Source: Armatimonadota bacterium (GTDB taxonomy: Bacteria; Armatimonadota; SYMT01). Taken from it: DNA of 64,000 nucleotides. Shown one piece after another: positions 1 through 12,385 of the stretch. The notes below the pieces were generated by a model. The model saw only the letters and a program-made list of their open reading frames with translations, did not search any database and had not been told where the DNA came from. Within the stretch, counting starts at the first letter, position 1, and every line of letters begins with the position of its first letter. A program made the position numbers and the translations under genes. The stretch covers positions 32,001 through 96,000 of the forward strand of contig JBKBRF010000010.1 in assembly GCA_046292385.1 (NCBI GenBank). Direction: 5' to 3'.

Positions 1-224
1 GCAAGTTGAAGAGCTGCGTGCGCTGCCTCTTCTGGAGCGGCCAGTCCTTTGAGGCGGAAGGCCTGCAAAAGGAAGGGAGCTTCAAAGCCGCGGAGGCTCG
101 CTACACGGAGGTCGCTCAGGTCGACACGAAGCAGCTGCGGCGCTGGTTGGCCGAGGCGCGAGACGTGCAGTGGGACTATAAGAACCTGGTACGTCGAAAG
201 GGTCAGCTGGAGCGACTGAAATAG
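1..224 (+). CDS. DUF1801/YdhG-like protein, C-terminal part (5'-truncated by window edge)
   Basis: Open frame from the edge; LFWSGQSF...EGSFKAAEARY...QWDYKNLVRRKG resembles this family; stop just before the AraC gene. Confidence 0.6.
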   Translation, partial: KLKSCVRCLFWSGQSFEAEGLQKEGSFKAAEARYTEVAQVDTKQLRRWLAEARDVQWDYKNLVRRKGQLERLK

Positions 225-234
225 AGGTGCGACG

Positions 235-1053
235 ATGCTCTACCGCTCGTACACGCCGGCGGCGCCGCTCCATCACCTTATCGAGTGGTACTGGTACAGC
301 TCGGGCGCTCCCCTTCACGCCCGCGGGCGCGTGCTGCCGAGCGGGACGATGGAGCTGGTGGTCAACCTTCGCGACGACGAGATCCGGATCTTCGATCCTT
401 CCCGGAAGGACGAGCCCCGCCGTTTCACCGGCGCCGTGATCTCCGGAGCTTACAGCCGGCTTTTCGAGCCGCAAGTCCACGAGTCGGTCCTGGGGGTCCA
501 TTTCAAGCCGGGAGCCGCCGCATCGCTCCTCGGAGCTCCCGCGGGCGAGCTGGCCGACCGCCACGTGGAGCTGGAGTCTCTCTGGGGGCCGGCCGCCAGG
601 GAGATCCACGAGCGGCTCTGTGAGGCGGCCACTCCGGAAGCGCGGATCGCACTGCTGGAGACGGCGCTTCTCGAGCGATTGCACCGGGCGCCGGAGCGTC
701 ACCCGGCCGTTCCGGCTGCCCTCGCGGCGCTGGAAGCGGCGGACGAAGCGGTGAGCGTTCGACGCATCGCCCGGGACCTCGGTCTCTGCCACCGGCGCCT
801 CATCCAGGTATTCACGTCGGCGGTCGGCCTGACGCCGAAGCGGTATCAGCGGGTGCGCCGGTTTCAGCGAGCCCGGAGACTGGTGCGCCCCACGGCATCC
901 CCCGACTGGGCGCAGGTCGCCCTGGAGTGCGGCTACTTCGACCAGTCGCACCTGATCCGCGACTTCCGGCAGTTCACCGGCTTCAGCCCGGGAGAGTTCC
1001 AGCGCTTACAGAACGAGAACCTCCTGCCGAGCCACCTCACGCAGGTCCCGTAG
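235..1053 (+). CDS. AraC-family transcriptional regulator
   Basis: C-terminal HTH motif WAQVALECGYFDQSHLIRDFRQFTGFSP; N-terminal VLPSGTMELV. Confidence 0.9.
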   Translation: MLYRSYTPAAPLHHLIEWYWYSSGAPLHARGRVLPSGTMELVVNLRDDEIRIFDPSRKDEPRRFTGAVISGAYSRLFEPQVHESVLGVHFKPGAAASLLGAPAGELADRHVELESLWGPAAREIHERLCEAATPEARIALLETALLERLHRAPERHPAVPAALAALEAADEAVSVRRIARDLGLCHRRLIQVFTSAVGLTPKRYQRVRRFQRARRLVRPTASPDWAQVALECGYFDQSHLIRDFRQFTGFSPGEFQRLQNENLLPSHLTQVP

Positions 1054-1157
1054 GTCAACTTTTTCCAATTCGGCCTGCGATCCAGCTCCTATGATGGCGG
1101 CAGCGCGCGGGGCAGTCGGATCCCGCGCCGCTTCGTGAGAGGAGTCCAGGTGAGCTC

Positions 1158-1661
1158 ATGTTGGACACGCGTTTTCGCGCTGCACGCTTGCTGGGGGTGC
1201 TGTTGATGGCCGGATACATGGCTGGGCATTTCGGACCGTCCTCCGCCGCGCAGGCGGATGAGCCCGCAGCCGGGAAGAAACCGGTCTTCCGCCCTGCTGG
1301 GGTGCGCTATCAGGTGAAAGAAGTGGAACGCTCGGTGGCGTTCTACACGCAGCACCTCGGGTTCAAGGTGGAGCGACAGGGGGGCACGGCGTTCGCCAGC
1401 GTCTCGAACGGCGCGCTGACCCTCTGGCTCAGCGGACCCGGCTCGTCCGGCTCCCGGCCGCTGCCGGACGGGCGGGTGCAGACGCCGGGGGGCTGGAACC
1501 GCATCGCCCTGGAAGTGGAGGACCTGCAGAGCTGCGTCGCGGAGCTAAAGCAGGCGGGCCTGCGGTTTCGGAACGCAATCGAGGTAGGCCCCGGCGGGAA
1601 GCAGATCCAGCTAGAAGATCCGGACGGCAACCCGGTGGAGCTGTTCGAGCCCAAGCGCTGA
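1158..1661 (+). CDS. VOC/glyoxalase-family protein with N-terminal signal-like segment
   Basis: VRYQVKEVERSVAFY and GGKQIQLEDPDGNPVELFEP motifs. Confidence 0.85.
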   Translation: MLDTRFRAARLLGVLLMAGYMAGHFGPSSAAQADEPAAGKKPVFRPAGVRYQVKEVERSVAFYTQHLGFKVERQGGTAFASVSNGALTLWLSGPGSSGSRPLPDGRVQTPGGWNRIALEVEDLQSCVAELKQAGLRFRNAIEVGPGGKQIQLEDPDGNPVELFEPKR

Positions 1662-1827
1662 CCGGTCCGTGCCGCGGGGTGAGCGCCACGGAGTACCGCC
1701 TCGCGGCGCCGGCTGCCGGCGCCCCCTCGCGCCGGTAAACGCGGGGATCGACCGCTGGACGGGACGCGGATCCCGCCTCCACGCGCGAAGCGTGGTGCGG
1801 GATCCGGCCGCCCCCTGGCCGAGCGCG

Positions 1828-2343
1828 CTATCCCAGCCGGCGCGTCACCTCGACGAGCTGGTCCAGGGCCTTGCCCCATCCCTCGTGGAAGCCCATCGCC
1901 TCGTGCTGCTTGCAGGCGCTGGGATCACCGTGCATCGCCACCGCCGTGTATCTCGTCCCGCCACCGTGCTCTTCCAGCGAGATGATCGCCGTCATCAGGA
2001 GCCGGCTGCACTCGGCGGAGTCGTCTTCGGGCGGGCCCGCCGGCCGGAAGCCGGGCAGCAGCGCGTTGGTCCAGACGAGCCGCTCGTTCTCGACCACCTC
2101 CAGGTAGCAGCCCACCTCTTCGAACTTCTCTCCCTCCGGCGAGCACATCACGGTGCGGAAGATCCCGCCCGGTCGGAGGTCGAGCTCGCACTCCGCCGTG
2201 CTCCAGGGCGCCGGGGTGAACCACTTAACGAGATGCTCGGGCGTGGTCCACGCCTTCCAGACGAGCTCGCGCGGCACGTCGACGACACGTTCCAGGCGGA
2301 GGTCGAGATTGGAGTCGAATTCGGATCGGTAAGGGCGGGTCAT
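1828..2343 (-). CDS. SRPBCC/Aha1-domain protein
   Basis: [36 protein letters not shown] at 2343 overlaps the ArsR stop. Confidence 0.9.
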   Translation of the reverse strand: MTRPYRSEFDSNLDLRLERVVDVPRELVWKAWTTPEHLVKWFTPAPWSTAECELDLRPGGIFRTVMCSPEGEKFEEVGCYLEVVENERLVWTNALLPGFRPAGPPEDDSAECSRLLMTAIISLEEHGGGTRYTAVAMHGDPSACKQHEAMGFHEGWGKALDQLVEVTRRLG

Positions 2344-2678
2344 CAACGCTGCTCCTTGAGGTCGTTCAGGTAATCGTCCAGCTGATCGAGGCGGCGCTCC
2401 CAGTGGGCGCGCTGTGCTGCCATCCAATCCTGCGCCGCCTCCAGCGGCTCCGGGGTAAGCTGGTAGGTCCGCACCCGGCCGCGCTTGCGTGAGCGCACCA
2501 GGCCGCACTCTTCCAGCACGCCGAGGTGCTGAGAGAACGACGGAAGCGCCATGGGAAACGGCCGGGCCAGCTCGGTCATCGCGGCGGGGCCGCGGCTGAG
2601 CCGTTCGAGCACCGCCCTCCGGGTCGGGTCCGCCAGGGCGTGGAACACGCGGGTCAGGTCTGCGGATTGGTTAGGCAT
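2343..2678 (-). CDS. ArsR/SmtB-family transcriptional regulator
   Basis: [14 protein letters not shown]...[13 protein letters not shown]; typical ArsR-SRPBCC pair. Confidence 0.9.
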   Translation of the reverse strand: MPNQSADLTRVFHALADPTRRAVLERLSRGPAAMTELARPFPMALPSFSQHLGVLEECGLVRSRKRGRVRTYQLTPEPLEAAQDWMAAQRAHWERRLDQLDDYLNDLKEQR

Positions 2679-2966
2679 ACGCCTAACTATATCGCGAGAT
2701 ACTCAGGCGAACACCTAAGCTTCATTCGAAATGGACAGGCGAGCTGTAAGCCGTTCCTCAGGCCGCCGCCTGCTCCACCCGCACCGCCAACACCTCGCAG
2801 CCTGCATCGGCCCCTGACCGCGGCACCACATGAACACGGCAGGCACGAGCTCTCCCACCGATCACGAATCTACTGTGACACCAGAGCGGCCCCTCTCCCG
2901 GTAGGAAAGGGGCCGCTCTAACGTGTGATACCGGTTATTTCGTTCAGACTGGATCGGCCAACCCGA

Positions 2967-5455
<2,489 letters not shown>

Positions 5456-5478
5456 GATAACAAGCGAAAAAAGAGACG

Positions 5479-5850
5479 CTACCGGCATTCGGAGCAGAGG
5501 CCGAAGACTTCGGTGTGGTAGCCCGCCACCTGAAAACCGGTCTCATCCAGAGCCGCCTGGACCGCCTCGACGGCCAGCGGCACCTCCACGTCGATCAGCT
5601 TTCCGCACTGGCCGCAGACCGCATGGTCGTGCCGATCGGTCCGGCGGTCGTACTGCGCCACGTCGCCCACCCGAATCTCGCGGATCATGCCTTCTTCCGT
5701 CAGCGCACCCAGGTTGCGGTAGACGGTGGCATACCCGATCCCGGGCAGCACCCGCTGCACCCGCTCGAAGACCTGCGCCGCGGTGGGATGGTCGTGCGAC
5801 CGCTCGACGATTTCCAGAATTGCCTGCCGCTGCTTCGTCTGTCGGACCAT
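5479..5850 (-). CDS. fur: Fur/PerR-family repressor (FurA-like)
   Basis: HPTA, ATVYRNL, HDHAVCGQCG and CSEC motifs; directly upstream of katG. Confidence 0.9.
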   Translation of the reverse strand: MVRQTKQRQAILEIVERSHDHPTAAQVFERVQRVLPGIGYATVYRNLGALTEEGMIREIRVGDVAQYDRRTDRHDHAVCGQCGKLIDVEVPLAVEAVQAALDETGFQVAGYHTEVFGLCSECR

Positions 5851-5864
5851 CAGACCACCCTAAT

Positions 5865-5883
5865 GAGATCGAGTTTCATTATC
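5865..5883 (-). promoter_or_regulatory. Fur-box-like autoregulatory site
   Basis: Minus strand GATAATGAAACTCGATCTC, 14/19 to the Fur consensus, just upstream of the fur start. Confidence 0.6.
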
Positions 5884-5956
5884 TTCATGACCAGTATACT
5901 CCGGATCTGGGCTGTTGACCACCACCACCGCGGCGACTTGCGATCCACGCGGAGCG

Positions 5957-6097
5957 GTCATCCTGAGCCGCGCAGCCGAAGGCGAGCCATCCCCGAAGAA
6001 GCGGATGACCGGACCATCGATCACCGTCCGGCACTTCAACCGAGGCACCATTCCGCGAATCGGTCATTCTGACCGCAGGGAAGAATCTCGGCAGCCG
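5957..6097. repeat. REP-like repeats, GTCATYCTGA...GAAGRATCTC family (copies at 5957 and 6063; another at 41421-41456)
   Basis: GTCATTCTGACCGCAGGGAAGAATCTCGGCAGCCG versus GTCATCCTGAACGAAGGTGAAGGATCTCGGCAGCCG at 41421. Confidence 0.6.
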
Positions 6098-6271
6098 TCC
6101 GGGTCCGGAGCACGCCTGCTCGTGACGAGGCTTCCGCCGTCGGGTAGGCTTCGCACGCGCGTCAGGCCCCACCGCGGCGAGGAAGGGGGCGAGGGTGCGG
6201 ATCACCAACGATCCTCTCGGCGGGCAGATCCCCGATCGATGGCCCGACTGCTCCCCCACGGCACTTACCCC

Positions 6272-6571
6272 ATGCAGTTCACCTTCAGCGGCGAGATCTG
6301 GTACTGGCGCGGGCCCTCCCCGTTTCACTTCGTGACGGTCCCGCCGGAGGAGTGCCGCGAGCTGAAGGCGCTCTCCGGGCTGGTCACCTACGGCTGGGGC
6401 ATGATCCCGGTGACCGCCCGGGTCGGCGCGACGGTCTGGAAGACCTCGCTCTTTCCGAAAGACGGGAGCTACATCGTGCCGCTCAAGGACAGCGTGCGGA
6501 GCGCGAACGGGTTGGAGCCGGGCGACCCGGTGACGGTGCAGCTCGAGCTCCGGCGCAGCGCCCGCAAGTAG
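6272..6571 (+). CDS. DUF1905-domain protein
   Basis: MQFTFSGEIWYWRGPSPFHFV...WKTSLFPKDGSYIVPLK. Confidence 0.8.
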   Translation: MQFTFSGEIWYWRGPSPFHFVTVPPEECRELKALSGLVTYGWGMIPVTARVGATVWKTSLFPKDGSYIVPLKDSVRSANGLEPGDPVTVQLELRRSARK

Positions 6572-6632
6572 TCTTCCAGGGTGCGCACGGATCGGGCCGC
6601 GATCGCGAGGTCGGACACGGCGGCTCCCCCGG

Positions 6633-7445
6633 TTAGATCGTCGCGGCGGTGAAGCCGCCGTCGACGACCAGGTTGTGCCCGGTCACGAATGAGGCGGCGC
6701 GAGGCGAGGCGAGGAAGACGACCGCACCGGCCAGCTCCTGCGGGTCGCCGAAGCGGGCCAGCGGCGTGTGGCCGATGATCTGCCCGCCGCGCTCCGTGTA
6801 GCCGCCGTCTTCCGTAAACAGGAGCGCGCGGTTCTGCTCCGCCGGGAAGAAGCCGGGGCTGATCGCGTTCACCCGCACCCCGTGCGGAGCCCACTCCCGC
6901 GCCAGGAACTGCGTGAGGTTGAGCACCGCCGCCTTGGCCGCGGAGTAGGCGACCACCCGCGAGAGCGGCGTCATGCCGGAGAGGGAGGCGATGTTGATGA
7001 TGCTCCCCTTCCGGCGGCGCACCATCGCCTCTCCGAAGACCTGGCTCGGCAGCAGCGCGCCGCCGATCAGGTTCAGGTCGAAGACCTGCTGCCACGCCTC
7101 CAGGGGGAGCGCGGAGAAGTCGGCGCCCGGCGGCAGCGTCGCCTCCGCGCGGTTGCCGCCCGCCGCGTTGACCAGCACGGTCGGCGCGTCCCACGCGTCC
7201 GCCACGGCGTCGCGGACCCGCGCCAGCGCCTGCCGGTCCCGGGCATCGGCCGCCCAGAACCGCGCCTCTCCCCCCGCCTCGACGATCCGGCGCACCCGCT
7301 CCTCGCCGCGCTCGGTGCTGCGGCCGACTACCGCCACGCGCGCGCCGGCGGCAGCCAGGGCCTCCGCCATCACGCCGCCCAGCACGCCGGTCGCGCCTAC
7401 CACCACGGCGACCTCCCCGTCCAGGCGAAAGAGCTGCGCGCTCAT
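6633..7445 (-). CDS. SDR oxidoreductase, probable D-mannonate/fructuronate reductase
   Basis: GATGVLG, NAAGGN, YSAAK catalytic motif; overlaps the uxaC stop. Confidence 0.85.
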   Translation of the reverse strand: MSAQLFRLDGEVAVVVGATGVLGGVMAEALAAAGARVAVVGRSTERGEERVRRIVEAGGEARFWAADARDRQALARVRDAVADAWDAPTVLVNAAGGNRAEATLPPGADFSALPLEAWQQVFDLNLIGGALLPSQVFGEAMVRRRKGSIINIASLSGMTPLSRVVAYSAAKAAVLNLTQFLAREWAPHGVRVNAISPGFFPAEQNRALLFTEDGGYTERGGQIIGHTPLARFGDPQELAGAVVFLASPRAASFVTGHNLVVDGGFTAATI

Positions 7446-8872
7446 GGCTGGGGCACCTCGGACGCGGCCGGGATCTCCAGCCCCAGGTAGCTGCGGGCGT
7501 TGTGGTAGCAGATGTTCTCGATCATGGGACCTACCAGGCTGTCGTCATTCGGGATCTCTCCCCGCTCGATGTCCCGGCCGATCAGGTCGCACAGGACCCG
7601 CCGGAAGTACTCGTGGCGCGGAAAGGAGAGGAAGGAGCGGGAATCGGTCAGCATCCCGATGAAGCGGGAGAGGAGCCCGCAGTTGGAGAGGGCGTTGAGC
7701 TGCCACTCGATCCCTTCCCTGGTATCCAGGTACCACCAGCCGGAGCCGAACTGCATCTTGCCGGGAGTGATGCCGTCCTGGAAGTTGCCCGCCATCGTGG
7801 CGAAGACGTAGTTGTCGGTCGGGTTGTTGTTGTAGAGGATCACCTTCGGCAGCGAGTCTTCCTGGTCCAGCCGGTCGAGGTACGCCGCCAGCGACTGCGC
7901 CTGCGGCCAGTCCCCGATCGAGTCGAAGCCGGTGTCCGGACCGATCAGACGGTAGCCGCGGCTGGCGGCGTTCCGGAGCGGGCCCAGGTGGAGCTGCTGC
8001 GTCCATCCCCGCCGGGCGTTCAGCCGCCCGAAGAAGAGCATCAGGTGCGCGGCAAAGCGGCCGTGCTGCTGCGAGTCCGCCGCCCTGCCGGCGCGCGCCT
8101 GCGCGAAGATGGCGGCGGCTTCCCCCTCGCCCGGGAAGTCGGCGTAGGCGTGGCTCAGCCCGTGGTCGGAAAGGCGGCAGCCCAGCTCGTGGAAGTACGC
8201 GTGCCGCTGCTCCAGCGCCCGCTCCAGCGCCGCCAGGGAGTCGATCTCCGTGTCACTCGCCGCTGCCAGGCGGTCGACCCAGGCGTTGAATAGCTCCGGC
8301 TGGTGGACCTGCAGCGCCTTATCGGGGCGGAAGGCGGGATAGACCCGCGTGTCGAGGTCCGATTCCACGATCTCGCGGTGGAACGCCAGGTCGTCCGCGG
8401 GATCGTCCGTGGTGCAGAGCGCGGCGACCCGGAACCTGCGGAGTATCCCGTGCGTCGAGAGGTCGCCGGATTGCAGCTGCGCCCGGGTCTCCTCCCAGAT
8501 CTCCGGCGCGCTGTCCGCGTCGAGGAGCCGGTCGATCCCGAAGTAGCGCTTCAGCTCCAGGTGGGTCCAGTGGTAGAGCGGGTTCCGCAGCGTGTGCGGC
8601 ACGGTGCGGGCCCACGCCAGGAACTTCTCCTCGGGCGGCGCGTCGCCGGTGCAGAGGCGCTCCGGGACGCCGTTGGCCCGCATCGCCCGCCACTTGTAGT
8701 GGTCGCCCTCCAGCCACGCCTCGTACAGGTCGTGGAAGCGGCGGTCGCGCGCGATCTCCCCCGGCGGCAGGTGGTTGTGGTAGTCGATGATCGGCAGCGG
8801 GGCGGCTCGCTCGTGATAGAGCCGGCGCGCGGTCTCGCTGTTCAGGAGGAAGTCTTCATGGATGAACGACAT
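7442..8872 (-). CDS. uxaC: Glucuronate (uronate) isomerase
   Basis: IIDYHNHL, GDHYKWRAMR, NPLYHWTHLEL, TDSRSFLSFPRHEYFRR; true start MSFIHEDF at 8872. Confidence 0.95.
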   Translation of the reverse strand: MSFIHEDFLLNSETARRLYHERAAPLPIIDYHNHLPPGEIARDRRFHDLYEAWLEGDHYKWRAMRANGVPERLCTGDAPPEEKFLAWARTVPHTLRNPLYHWTHLELKRYFGIDRLLDADSAPEIWEETRAQLQSGDLSTHGILRRFRVAALCTTDDPADDLAFHREIVESDLDTRVYPAFRPDKALQVHQPELFNAWVDRLAAASDTEIDSLAALERALEQRHAYFHELGCRLSDHGLSHAYADFPGEGEAAAIFAQARAGRAADSQQHGRFAAHLMLFFGRLNARRGWTQQLHLGPLRNAASRGYRLIGPDTGFDSIGDWPQAQSLAAYLDRLDQEDSLPKVILYNNNPTDNYVFATMAGNFQDGITPGKMQFGSGWWYLDTREGIEWQLNALSNCGLLSRFIGMLTDSRSFLSFPRHEYFRRVLCDLIGRDIERGEIPNDDSLVGPMIENICYHNARSYLGLEIPAASEVPQP

Positions 8873-9067
8873 GGAGCCCCTTTCTCGCCTCCGGGGAGCA
8901 TCCGAGCGCTGCCCCCCGCCAGACCGGTCTATCCCGGCCGGCGGCAATTCCTTCCGGGCCCGAGATAATTGAACCCGAAAGAGGCGCAGCCGCCGGCCGG
9001 CAGGAACCGCTGGCTCGCCCGGCCAATCACCAGTGGGTTTGAAAGATGAGGCAGGAGGAGCAGGTTG

Positions 9068-11017
9068 ATGCGGATCTGGAGCTGGGTGTTGCTGACCGCG
9101 GCGGTGGGGGTACTTTCTGCCGCGGCGGGCGGGGCGCAGGAATCGCCGGAGCGGAAGGCGGCTCATCCGCTCGACCCGCTCACCGCGGGCGAGATCCGGG
9201 AGGCGTTCCGGGTGCTGAAGGCCGATCCGCGCGTGCCGAAGGGGGCGTTCTTCCCCACGCTGCTGCTGCAGGAGCCTCCGAAGGAGGCGGTCCTCGACTG
9301 GCGCGAAGGGCGGCCCCTGCTGCGCCGGGCCTACGCGGAGATCTTCGACCGCCCAGGCAACCGGGCGTTCGAGGCCGTGGTCGACCTCGGCTCCGGCCGG
9401 CTCGTCTCCTGGACCCCCCGCCCCGGCATCCAGCCCACCACGTTCGCGGACGAGTACGAGGCGATCCCCCCGCTGGTCCGGGCCGATCCCCGCTGGCAGG
9501 CGGCGATGAAGAAGCGGGGCATCGACGACCTGGAAGCGGTGCACCTGGAGCCGTGGGCCGGCGGCGACGAGCCGGTGCCAGGCGTGCCGAAGGAGACGCG
9601 CCTGTTCCGGGTGCTCTCCTTTTACCGGGGCGATCTCCCCAACCCGTATGTCCGCCCGATCGAGGGCGTCGTCGTCGCGGTCGACGCGAACCGTCTCCGC
9701 GTGGTCGAGGTGACCGACACCGACGTCGCCCCGGTCGTGCGGGAGACCGGCAGCGCGGACGCCGACGCGTCCACCCGGCCGCCGCTGAAGCCGCTGCGGG
9801 TCTCCCAGCCGGACGGGCCCGGGTTCACGGTGCGCGGCGGCGAGGTGCGGTGGCAGAACTGGCGCTTCCACTGCTCCCTGCACCCGCGCGACGGCCTGGT
9901 GCTGCACACCGTCGGCTACGAGGACGGCGGGCAGGTCCGGCCGATCCTCTACCGCGCCGCCCTGAGCGAGGTGTCGGTGCCGTACGGACTGCCGAACCGG
10001 AACTGGGCCTGGCGCCGCGCGTTCGACCTGGGCGAGTACGGCTTCGGCCGCTACGCCAGCCGCCTGCAGGCCGGCGTCGATGTGCCGGAGAACGCGGTGC
10101 TGCTCGACAACGTGCTGGCGGACGATACCGGCGACGTGACCGAAGCTCCCGCCACGATCGGCATCTACGAGCGGTACGGCGGCCTGCTCTGGAAGCGGGT
10201 CGATCCCGAAAGCGGCGAGCCGGAGGCGCGGCCCGCCCGCCAGCTCGTGGTGACGAGCAACGCCTGGATCGGCAACTACGTCTACGGCGTGAGCTGGATC
10301 TTCCAGCAGGACGGCTCCATCAACGTGGAGGTGGAACTGACCGGCACGATGCTGCTCCGCGGCGTGGCGAACCCGCGGCAGGGCTCCGAGTACGGAACGC
10401 TGGTGGCGCCCAACCTCTCCGCGCCGTTCCACCAGCACTTCTTTAACTTCCGCCTCGACTTCGACATCGACGGCCGCGCCAACTCCGTGATGGAGATGGA
10501 CGTCACCTCGGATTCGCGCAGTCCGAACGGGATCCGCATGAAGGAGACGATGCTCCGCAGCGAGCGCGGCGCGCGGCGCGACCTGAACCTGAAGCGGGCG
10601 CGGATGTGGAAAGTCGCCAACGCGGAAGGCGGCGGGATGGAAAGCCGGCCGGGCTACTTCCTGATGCCCCACGGCGGCGCCGTGCCGTACGGAGCGCCGC
10701 GCCTGCGGGCCCGCGCCGCCTTCGCGGACCACGCACTCTGGGTGACCGCGTTTGAAGAATCGGAGCGGTACGCGGCCGGCGCCTACCCGTACCAGGGCCG
10801 CAGCGGCGAGGGACTGCCGGCGTGGATCGCCGACAACCAGTCGCTGGAGCACCAGGACGTGGTGCTCTGGTACACCGTCGGCGTTACCCACATTCCCACC
10901 CCGGAGCAGCACCCGGTGATGAGCGTGGACCGGGCCGGCTTCCGCCTGATGCCGGGCGGGTTCTTCACCCGCAACCCGGCGCTCGACGTGCCACCCGCAC
11001 AGGTCGGTGGCGACTGA
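9068..11017 (+). CDS. Secreted copper-containing primary amine oxidase
   Basis: Signal peptide, HPLDPL, AFDLGEYG (catalytic Asp), GNYVY (TPQ Tyr), HQH and THIP copper ligands. Confidence 0.9.
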   Translation: MRIWSWVLLTAAVGVLSAAAGGAQESPERKAAHPLDPLTAGEIREAFRVLKADPRVPKGAFFPTLLLQEPPKEAVLDWREGRPLLRRAYAEIFDRPGNRAFEAVVDLGSGRLVSWTPRPGIQPTTFADEYEAIPPLVRADPRWQAAMKKRGIDDLEAVHLEPWAGGDEPVPGVPKETRLFRVLSFYRGDLPNPYVRPIEGVVVAVDANRLRVVEVTDTDVAPVVRETGSADADASTRPPLKPLRVSQPDGPGFTVRGGEVRWQNWRFHCSLHPRDGLVLHTVGYEDGGQVRPILYRAALSEVSVPYGLPNRNWAWRRAFDLGEYGFGRYASRLQAGVDVPENAVLLDNVLADDTGDVTEAPATIGIYERYGGLLWKRVDPESGEPEARPARQLVVTSNAWIGNYVYGVSWIFQQDGSINVEVELTGTMLLRGVANPRQGSEYGTLVAPNLSAPFHQHFFNFRLDFDIDGRANSVMEMDVTSDSRSPNGIRMKETMLRSERGARRDLNLKRARMWKVANAEGGGMESRPGYFLMPHGGAVPYGAPRLRARAAFADHALWVTAFEESERYAAGAYPYQGRSGEGLPAWIADNQSLEHQDVVLWYTVGVTHIPTPEQHPVMSVDRAGFRLMPGGFFTRNPALDVPPAQVGGD

Positions 11018-11115
11018 CCGCCGGCCAACGGCGAGCCGCCGCCGAACCCGCTCGCACCCCCGGCTTCCCGATCGATCTGGAGTTTCCAGTATCATAGGAG
11101 AGAGGTGCGGTGCCG

Positions 11116-11406
11116 ATGAGCCTGACGATCGAACTCAGCCCCGAAGAACAAGCTCGGCTGGCGGATGCCGCCAGCCGAGAAGGGCTCGCCCCGGAGGAGC
11201 TCGCACGGAAGCTCCTCTGCGAACACCTGGCCCCGGCAGCGGAAGGATCGCCTCCGGACGATCCGACGCTGGCACTCTTTCGGCAGTGGGAGGCCGAAGG
11301 CGCCGCACGTACCGCGGATGAAGCACGCGGGGAAAACGAGCTCTGGGAGCAATTCCAGACGAACGTCAACGAGACTCGCGCAGCGCTGGGGATGAGGAAG
11401 CTCTAA
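11116..11406 (+). CDS. Putative antitoxin upstream of a PIN toxin
   Basis: MSLTIELSPEEQARL...EGLAPEELAR RHH-like start; 3 nt before the PIN gene. Confidence 0.65.
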   Translation: MSLTIELSPEEQARLADAASREGLAPEELARKLLCEHLAPAAEGSPPDDPTLALFRQWEAEGAARTADEARGENELWEQFQTNVNETRAALGMRKL

Positions 11407-11409
11407 CTC

Positions 11410-12279
11410 GTGCAGCGGGTCATCGTTCTCGACACCTTCCCCCTCAGCAGCACCGGCAAGCTCAGCCCACCGGCTTCCGTCGTGCCGACCGCCCTCGACC
11501 TTTGCCATCGTTGGGTCCGGGATTGCGTGGCAGCGGGACATCGGGTCGTAGCTCCGGCCATCTCCTACACTACTCACCGTGAGATTCTTGTCGGGATGCG
11601 CAGATTCTCCCCGGGGTGTGCTCCTAGGGAGCCCGGAAGCGCTGCCGGAGGCAGGGCGGGAGGGCTTCACCTGTGACCACCCCTGCGAGGGGTGGTCGCT
11701 TGAGCCGCCCGGAGCGGCCCGTGAACCGTCACCTCGCCGCGGACGCCCCACTCGGACGCGGAACGTAGGGCGTCGGGGAACTCGCCCGCAGCGCCCGCTA
11801 GCGGAGGCGAAGCCGGAGCGTGAAAGGGCCGCGGAGGGCCACCCACGCGGGAGGGCCGCTCCGGGTGGGGAGGGCGCGGGGTGGAACCCCGGAGCGATGA
11901 CGGTCTCGCCGAGAGAGTTTCTCTCCCGCCGTCTTGAGTTTGGCTGCGGCGTCAGCCGCGCTGTGATGTCGTGCGTGAGCTGGAGCGTCTCAACGCTACC
12001 GCGCAGATTACGCGTCTCCGCGCGTTCTGCCACGCCGATCCGGACCGCTACCTCTCACTCACGGACGCAGACCTCGAACACGCTGCCAAACTCTGGGGAC
12101 AGGCGCGGAATGCCGGCACGCCCACGGCCAGCCTTGAGGCCCTGGACGGCGACGTGATCCTCGCCGCTCAAGCACTGTCGCTCCAGGTACCGGTCGAGCG
12201 CCTGGTGATCGCTACAACCAACGTGGCCCACCTCTCCCGCTTCGCGCCCGCGGACCTCTGGACGAACATCGACCCGTGA
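11410..12279 (+). pseudogene. PIN-domain (VapC-like) toxin interrupted by a 396-bp insertion
   Basis: 5' part VIVLDT...RVVAPAISY; 3' part VVRELERL...LDGDVILAAQA...IATTNVAHL; joining 11567 to 11964 gives an in-frame 157-codon ORF. Confidence 0.85.
11568..11963. mobile_element. Non-autonomous hairpin-rich element, copy 1 (396 bp)
   Basis: Ends CACTACTCACCG / TCAGCCGCGCTG shared with 40540-41356; disrupts the PIN ORF; no transposase. Confidence 0.8.
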
Positions 12280-12385
12280 ACCTGAGAGTTCCGGGCGGGA
12301 AGTCACGGAGCCCGATACGCCCGCAGCCGCGCCCGGTGATCGGACGCGGCTGCGTGGTGCGGTATGCGGTTGCCGGCAGGGGCGG

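Noticed and set aside
7442..11095. 1217-aa ORF suggesting a giant uxaC fusion
   Set aside because: The N-terminal part is the antisense shadow of the amine oxidase; uxaC starts at 8872 with its own RBS.
11568..11963. Group II intron interpretation of the insert
   Set aside because: No GUGYG 5' end, AY 3' end or recognisable domain V; the second copy is intergenic.
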